A stretch of 52,249 bases of DNA from a virus (Duplodnaviria; Caudoviricetes): the IMG/VR virus record IMGVR_UViG_3300045282_000164, positions 1-52,249 of that record; one strand, 5' to 3'. Below, in pieces: positions 46,366-52,249 of the stretch. Every line of letters starts with the position of its first letter. The first letter of the stretch is position 1. The translations under genes and the position numbers were made by a program. The notes under the pieces were generated by a model. It had not been told where the DNA came from and did not search any database. It saw only the letters and a program-made list of their open reading frames with translations.

Positions 46366-47129
46366 TGGCTAATCTAGCGCAATTTTACGTTTATAAAGAC
46401 GGCGATATTCTCACAGCGGCACAGCTCAATGGCAATGACGCCAATCTCCGCGAGAACTTCATGACGCTAATCTCACCCCTCGGCGGTAGCTTAAACGTCA
46501 ACAGCCAGAGCCTTACAAATATCGGTAGCGCCGTCTTTAGTGATGTGGCAGGAAATCCAACTTTACCGGGCCAGCTCCTTCTTGACGGTACTATACTTAA
46601 ATTTTTTGATGGAAGCATTGTTCGAAATAATCAAGTCCTTCATTCCGTTTCACAGTCTGGCATAGTAAGCGGCACGGCTATAGAAGCCGTGCTATATACG
46701 TTTACCGTTCCAGCTTTTGTGATTGGCACTGCTGGTCAAGTGGTCGTTCATATGAAATCGAGGTTTGGACTATTGGCTGGCTCTAACGTCGCTATAAGAG
46801 CTTCTTATGGGGCGGGTAGTCCTGCCCAGGTAACGATTTCTAACGCAAGCGGGGTAACGGCAGCACTCACCCTCTGCCCGATCACCGTAACGATTTCGGG
46901 AAATGTCCTGGAATCAACTCAAAGCGTGCAACTCGAATGCAACATAACAAGCAGTCAAAGTAATCTTGTTAATGTTTTTGCCGCAACGGAAACCAATCTT
47001 TCACAGGTGGCTGTGAGCGGCACCAATTCAACTATCGCCAATGCCTTGCATATCAACGTGCTTTTCAGTTCGGCGGATGGGGCTAATCAGTGTGATTATC
47101 TGACGCTGCAAACGATAGCGATGTCATGA
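46365..47129 (+). CDS. Short tail fibre or needle-like protein
   Basis: N-terminal DGDILTAAQLN attachment-type motif. Confidence 0.6.
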   Translation: MANLAQFYVYKDGDILTAAQLNGNDANLRENFMTLISPLGGSLNVNSQSLTNIGSAVFSDVAGNPTLPGQLLLDGTILKFFDGSIVRNNQVLHSVSQSGIVSGTAIEAVLYTFTVPAFVIGTAGQVVVHMKSRFGLLAGSNVAIRASYGAGSPAQVTISNASGVTAALTLCPITVTISGNVLESTQSVQLECNITSSQSNLVNVFAATETNLSQVAVSGTNSTIANALHINVLFSSADGANQCDYLTLQTIAMS

Positions 47130-47554
47130 TTGTTCGGCCAAAGGTACGATTTGCCACCAATGAAGATGCAAGAGATGTTCAAGAGATTCTAAATGAAAAT
47201 GGACAAATACCTGGCGGGCATGACTGGTCAGACCTCGGTTACTCATGGCTTGTGGCAGAGTATGACGACACAATTATTGGATGCGTGCAGGTCATTGTCG
47301 GGAAGCCCTTCGGCCACATCGGTTTTCTTGCCGTTCTCCCCGGCTATTACAATGGTGGCGCTGGGGCTGTTCTCTGGCGGGCCGCTGAGAATCTTTTGGC
47401 AAACAGTGGATGTGACGGTTATACCGGCATGACTACCAATGAACAGGTGTTAGATAAGTTTCCCAAGCGCGGCGGCATTATTTTTGGCGATCCAGTAAGA
47501 CTCCTTTTTAAGCGCGTATATCGAAAAGGGATTGATTATGGGCGGCGGCTCTAA
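47126..47554 (+). CDS. GNAT acetyltransferase
   Basis: VRFATNEDA..LVAEYDDTIIG..IGFLAVLPGYYNGGAGAVL. Confidence 0.85.
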   Translation: MIVRPKVRFATNEDARDVQEILNENGQIPGGHDWSDLGYSWLVAEYDDTIIGCVQVIVGKPFGHIGFLAVLPGYYNGGAGAVLWRAAENLLANSGCDGYTGMTTNEQVLDKFPKRGGIIFGDPVRLLFKRVYRKGIDYGRRL

Positions 47555-48803
47555 ACAAAAAAGTGTAACCAAGGTTGAAACTCCCCCTCCTACTCCAGAG
47601 CAAACTTTAGCTCAACAACAGGCGGCGGCAGCTAATAATCTTGGCATGAATCAGTTGGGTTATACCTGGGGCGCACCGCAGCATGCGGATGTTACGGATG
47701 CAACGCGTACTCAATACCTAGCAAGTAATCCTGCTGCTCAAGCACGTTTAGGAGTGCAAGATCCCTCTAACCCAACGCCGCAACAATTAGAACGGTCATA
47801 TCAAGATTTTCTTGATCATGGACAGGCTGAAGGTGCGACTTGGGCACAGTCGGACAGTGGCCCCGCAGGTTGGCAGAAACGACCATTAACAGCAGATGAA
47901 CAGCAAACTGAGGATAGAAATAAACAGATCAATGACCTTATCTATTCCAAGCTAACGGGCCAGGTAAGCCCGCAGGACAAGGCGAACATTGACACTGCCT
48001 ATGGTGCAGCCCGTACTGTCGGAACCAATAATCTAAACACCAACTTTCAGAATGCCCTTGATCAACTCAACATGACTGCTGGGCAATCTGCAGCGCAGCG
48101 GGGCCTCAACATGGGCGACACTGGTATAGCCGGGCCGGTATCCCAAAACAAAAAACTGCTTGGCGAGAATTATGGTCAACAGCTAACAAACTTCAATACA
48201 TCGCTTAGCGGTGCGCAGGCTGGATCAATGCTCGATGTGGGTAACACACAGCAAAACTTTGCTCTCGCCCTCCAGCAGTTCCAGGCTCAGCTTGCACAAC
48301 AGGCAATCCAGAACCGTCAAGCGATTGGTGACAGCTTTTCTAATACCGCTATGGGGCTAGGTGCTTTGAATGCCCGCAATATCACTCAGACAACCATAGG
48401 CAATACTGCTAACCAAAGTTCAACTGGCTCACTCTTAGGTGGGGCAGGTGGTGCAATCGGCGGCATAGGATCTCTATTTAGTTCTAGCGCGGGCGGCACA
48501 AGCGCGGCAAGCGGAATCGGTAGCATGTTTTCCAGTTTTAGCTCGCGCAAGTTCAAAAGAAATATTGAAACCGTTGATCTTGAAGCAGTCTTAACAGAAC
48601 TAGAACAGACACCAGTTTATGAATGGACTTACAATCCAAGTTTCCACGATTCACGGCGCCATATTGGCCCGGTAACGGAAGAGGCGCCAAAAGCCATTGT
48701 TAATGAGGATCAATTAGTCATACCCGATTGCGTGGGATTCCTGTTTGCTGCGGTCAAGGCACTTAGCGAGAAGGTAAAGAAGCTAGAAAATGGCGTTCGC
48801 TGA
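47538..48803 (+). CDS. Ejection/pilot-type protein with a C-terminal peptidase S74 chaperone domain
   Basis: MGGGSKQKS N-terminus; FSSRKFKRNI..VYEWTY..HIGPVTEE..FAAVKALSEKV. Confidence 0.8.
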   Translation: MGGGSKQKSVTKVETPPPTPEQTLAQQQAAAANNLGMNQLGYTWGAPQHADVTDATRTQYLASNPAAQARLGVQDPSNPTPQQLERSYQDFLDHGQAEGATWAQSDSGPAGWQKRPLTADEQQTEDRNKQINDLIYSKLTGQVSPQDKANIDTAYGAARTVGTNNLNTNFQNALDQLNMTAGQSAAQRGLNMGDTGIAGPVSQNKKLLGENYGQQLTNFNTSLSGAQAGSMLDVGNTQQNFALALQQFQAQLAQQAIQNRQAIGDSFSNTAMGLGALNARNITQTTIGNTANQSSTGSLLGGAGGAIGGIGSLFSSSAGGTSAASGIGSMFSSFSSRKFKRNIETVDLEAVLTELEQTPVYEWTYNPSFHDSRRHIGPVTEEAPKAIVNEDQLVIPDCVGFLFAAVKALSEKVKKLENGVR

Positions 48804-50580
48804 TTATACGGGCTTGATTGGCAAGGGGATAGGCACCGTTATTGGTGCTTGGTTCGGTGGCCCTGCTGGAGCTGCAGTCGGTGGCATGGCAGGTCAAATG
48901 GAGGGTGATAAGTTCGGCGGCGTGCTCAAGGGTGATAGCGACTGGACAAGCATGTTGTCGCCTTCTGACCCATCAGCCATGTTGGGCGGTGGCCAACAAC
49001 AACCAGCACAACCTCAAGGTCCAGCAAATCCTTTGATAGATTTGTCCCTTAATCAACCCGGCCCAAATATAAATTTTGATTCATACGGCGGGGCAACCTC
49101 AGAAGTTCCTTCACGGTTCGGCAGTCTCAACCTTGGTCTTGGCGGCCAGCCTGGCAACGCTACGGGTGATCCTATGGGAAACCTGTTTACTAATCCTAGT
49201 AATCAATTTGATGTGATGGCAGATTCACCAGCGCCACCGGCAAACTACTCACCTAACTTTACACCGACTGCGGCACCTTCGGTTGCTGATGCTGCGGCTC
49301 CAAGTGGTGGTGGATTTAATTGGGGCGGCTTAGGCCAGGCACTTCAAGGTGTAGGCAATGTGCTCGGGGCTACTGGAGCGGGGCTGAATGGTGATCCTTA
49401 CTACAATATGAGGCTACAACAGCAAGTGCAGGACGCGGCACACCAGAAACAGGTAATGAGTCTTGAACAACAAAAGTTGCAACTAGAGAAAGCCAATGGT
49501 TTTAGAAGCATGTTGGATCTTGCGGCAACAGTGAATAGTTCAAATATTAGCGATGAAGATAAAAAAGCATTTGCTCCTCAATTTACCAAATTAATGAATG
49601 ATACTACCGGAATAAATGTAAGCCCAGAATTTGGTATAAGCCTGCTCACAGGAAAAGGTAAGGCCGAAAGATTGGCGGCTGCTTACCCAGATCTCGCCAA
49701 TGCTTTTGCCAGTCCTTCAGATGCCGCAGCGTTCATTGACAAGATCAATAAAAATCCTGGGCAAGAAGAACAAATATTAAACGGTAAATTCTATGAGTTG
49801 GCCATTAATAAAGTGCAGTCTGGCCAGGATGTTCCTGATACCGTGGCTGCACATCTCAACGAGAAACAAAAAGCCAACCTTGGCGACTCAGTTTTTAATA
49901 AACTCATGGGTAACGCTAATCGGCTCACACCCGAGGAGAGATCCCAGGTTACATCTAAAGGATTGTTGACCACCCCCAATGGCAAGTTCCTAACCGACGA
50001 GCATTTCACCCGGTTAAAAGAAGCAGGTTTCCCCAATGTTGAGGCAGCATCGGTTCTCAAATCCAAGGCAATAGCCGAGCCAGCTAGGGCACAATCAGAA
50101 CAGCACTTTCAACAATCTCAGGCGGCAACACGGGCCAATGAGGCGGCGAACAGAGCACAGTCTGAAAGCCACTTCCAGCAATCCAAGGCACAGTCTGAAT
50201 CTCACTTCCAGCAGAACAAAGCTCAACAGGAAGCTAACGCTGCGCCCATAACCGAGACAGTCACGCCGGTTAGCAAGAGCCAGATGGAAGGCGCGGCTAG
50301 CGTTCTCAATAGTGTGATGGATACACCGGATTTCAAGAAGGCTAGCGATACTGTTAAACAGCAAAAACTAGAAGGAGCATTGAAAGCTCAAGGGTTAAAG
50401 TTCGCGCCTGGGACAGATATGAAAGCTATCTCCAAAAAATGGCTAGGTGGAATTGATCCTTCTAGCTTGCCGGTTGTCAAAATTCCCGCGGTTGGCAAGG
50501 GCCGGGGAATGCCAACTGGTGGTACGCCGGGACAACCGTCGATCAATGATTTGATCAATCAGTACACTCAAGGGAAATAA
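48790..50580 (+). CDS. Internal virion (ejection) protein
   Basis: Gly-zipper GTVIGAWFGGPAGAAVGG; Q/A-rich. Confidence 0.7.
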   Translation: MAFADYTGLIGKGIGTVIGAWFGGPAGAAVGGMAGQMEGDKFGGVLKGDSDWTSMLSPSDPSAMLGGGQQQPAQPQGPANPLIDLSLNQPGPNINFDSYGGATSEVPSRFGSLNLGLGGQPGNATGDPMGNLFTNPSNQFDVMADSPAPPANYSPNFTPTAAPSVADAAAPSGGGFNWGGLGQALQGVGNVLGATGAGLNGDPYYNMRLQQQVQDAAHQKQVMSLEQQKLQLEKANGFRSMLDLAATVNSSNISDEDKKAFAPQFTKLMNDTTGINVSPEFGISLLTGKGKAERLAAAYPDLANAFASPSDAAAFIDKINKNPGQEEQILNGKFYELAINKVQSGQDVPDTVAAHLNEKQKANLGDSVFNKLMGNANRLTPEERSQVTSKGLLTTPNGKFLTDEHFTRLKEAGFPNVEAASVLKSKAIAEPARAQSEQHFQQSQAATRANEAANRAQSESHFQQSKAQSESHFQQNKAQQEANAAPITETVTPVSKSQMEGAASVLNSVMDTPDFKKASDTVKQQKLEGALKAQGLKFAPGTDMKAISKKWLGGIDPSSLPVVKIPAVGKGRGMPTGGTPGQPSINDLINQYTQGK

Positions 50581-52249
50581 TGCCCGCTGATATCCTCCAA
50601 GCCATAGTGAACCATCCTGACTACCAGCAGACGACGCCAGAGGTTCGTCAAAAGGTATTGCAACAGGCATTCAATGACCCCGATGTAAAGGCGCTTAACA
50701 CCGATCAAAAATTGGCATTGGTAAAGCAGATCACTTACCCCGGCGGTTATCCAACTGAGCAGGAAGGTGAACCGCAGTTTGAAGGCAACATTGGAGCGGG
50801 TGAAATAATCCCGCAGATGAAGCTCCAGATTGGCGGCGGCATCGATACCCTACAGAAGGCATCTCAGATGCCGCAGGGGATGGATAGGGTTAAGCAAGAT
50901 ATTTCTGGCGGTGCCCAAATCCTGAGTGGCGTGGGAACGGCATCGGATGCGGCCGGGATGGCGGTAGGGGTACGCGCCAAGGCTCTATCTGACACGCTCG
51001 GGTTGCCACCAATGGCAGGGAATATCATCGGCTCACTTGCTTATGCCACAACTCCCTTTGCTTTGATGGGGATTGGGCAAAAGATTGCCGGTGCTATTAC
51101 CTCTAAGTTTGGTTCAAAGGTAAGTCAGGCCGATCTTGAAGCAGCCCGAAGCGGATTGATGACAGTACAAAAAACAGCAGCCCAAACTCAGGAAGCACTT
51201 GACCTAGCCAAGGCAGGTGAGGCGGCATCTACCGTGCAGGCTTCAGTTCAAAGTGGCCTTAGCCAAGCATCGGCAGCCTCTCAATCCGCTGCCGAGAAAG
51301 CCTTAGTTGCTGGACAGACAGAAAGAACTGTTGGCCAAACCGTCACCGATGCCCTAGTTAAAACCAGGCAAACATTACCCCCTGCCGTTCCAAGGAGCCA
51401 AATTGGCACCCAGATAAAGAGCGACATCGAGGCCAAGATTAACGACTTGCTCGTGGAAGCTCGGGGCCAATACGATCCTATCATGCAGGAAGCGGCCAAG
51501 ATTCCAGTCGGTGGGGTAAGCAGGAAACAAATTGGGACTATTCAACCGGGAGTTAGCGAGCAGGTAAATGCTGCTCAGATGGCACGCGAGGCGGCAACCT
51601 GGCGCGATGTGAGCGCCGAGACGGTGCAACAGGTTAGCGATCTATCCAAGACTGAAGGGATTTCAGTCAGCGAAGCATTCAAACAAGTGTTGGCCAACCA
51701 ATCTAAAACCACCGTGGCCGATCTCATTCTGCAAAAGCAAAGGGCCAATGTTCTTGTTAGACGTGCCCTAAATACTGGCCAGGATAATGCGGCTCGTATT
51801 GCTAAAATCGAACTCAACAATGTCAACCAGCAGATTCAGGCTGCTTCGCCTGATATCGCCGCCAAGTTAAAGATGGCTGACAAGTTTTACGCTGAGCAGT
51901 ACGCGCCTGTGGCTTCTTATGGTGCCTTCCCTAGAACAGTCCGCGACATGCCGGTTGAGGATATGGCTAACGAGATTGTCAGGCTCGGCAGCCGCAAGGG
52001 TTCTCTTGAGGCCCTCGACAGCATGGAGCCTGTGTTTGCCAGTGCAGAAGGACAAGTTACCAGGGCACAACTTGCCGGGAACGTCTTTCAAAAGTTGGTG
52101 GAACGCTCAGGCAAGGGCCAAGTATTCTATCCCGTCAAAGCTGTGGCTGTGTTCAAGCAGATGGACCCCGAGTTAAGAACGCGTTTGTTTGGTTCAAGTG
52201 CAGCAGAAATCACACAGGGCTTAGAGACAATGGCGATCGCTACGGGCAA
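50580..52249 (+). CDS. N-terminal part of a large internal virion protein, continuing to 894 via the terminal repeat
   Basis: TAATG coupling; manually translated open frame MPADILQAIVNHPDY.. to the window end; missing from the ORF track. Confidence 0.8.
   Translation, partial: MPADILQAIVNHPDYQQTTPEVRQKVLQQAFNDPDVKALNTDQKLALVKQITYPGGYPTEQEGEPQFEGNIGAGEIIPQMKLQIGGGIDTLQKASQMPQGMDRVKQDISGGAQILSGVGTASDAAGMAVGVRAKALSDTLGLPPMAGNIIGSLAYATTPFALMGIGQKIAGAITSKFGSKVSQADLEAARSGLMTVQKTAAQTQEALDLAKAGEAASTVQASVQSGLSQASAASQSAAEKALVAGQTERTVGQTVTDALVKTRQTLPPAVPRSQIGTQIKSDIEAKINDLLVEARGQYDPIMQEAAKIPVGGVSRKQIGTIQPGVSEQVNAAQMAREAATWRDVSAETVQQVSDLSKTEGISVSEAFKQVLANQSKTTVADLILQKQRANVLVRRALNTGQDNAARIAKIELNNVNQQIQAASPDIAAKLKMADKFYAEQYAPVASYGAFPRTVRDMPVEDMANEIVRLGSRKGSLEALDSMEPVFASAEGQVTRAQLAGNVFQKLVERSGKGQVFYPVKAVAVFKQMDPELRTRLFGSSAAEITQGLETMAIATG
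52050..52249. repeat. 200-bp direct terminal repeat, right copy; indicates a circular or complete assembly
   Basis: Copy of 1-200; the reading frame continues across the junction. Confidence 0.97.

Overview
This window is almost certainly one complete, circularly permuted tailed-phage genome. The unit length is 52,049 bp: bases 1-200 recur at 52050-52249 with one mismatch, and one gene runs across the junction. The architecture is podovirus-like: TerS/TerL, portal, scaffold, gpT-like major capsid protein, adaptor and nozzle tail proteins, three ejection-type proteins, and no tape measure. It also carries a lysis region with a GH24 lysozyme, several HNH genes, Lar, an SSB-like protein, a Cas4/PD-(D/E)XK nuclease and a C5 DNA methyltransferase. 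I could not recognise an integrase, polymerase or helicase. Two features stand out. (1) The cluster at 1141-9208 encodes tail-fibre and receptor-binding-like proteins that carry Sec-type signal peptides and even numbers of locally paired cysteines. This suggests an adsorption apparatus exported to, and oxidatively folded in, the periplasm, separate from the signal-less structural genes. (2) An intact HNH endonuclease gene sits antisense, exactly stop codon to start codon, inside the signal-peptide sequence of the first fibre gene without breaking its frame. A Ser/Thr-rich modular fibre next to a glycosyltransferase and a methyltransferase suggests virion glycosylation. A sigma54-type promoter and the lysis genes point to a diderm host. 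All calls come from reading motifs by eye; no database searches were run.
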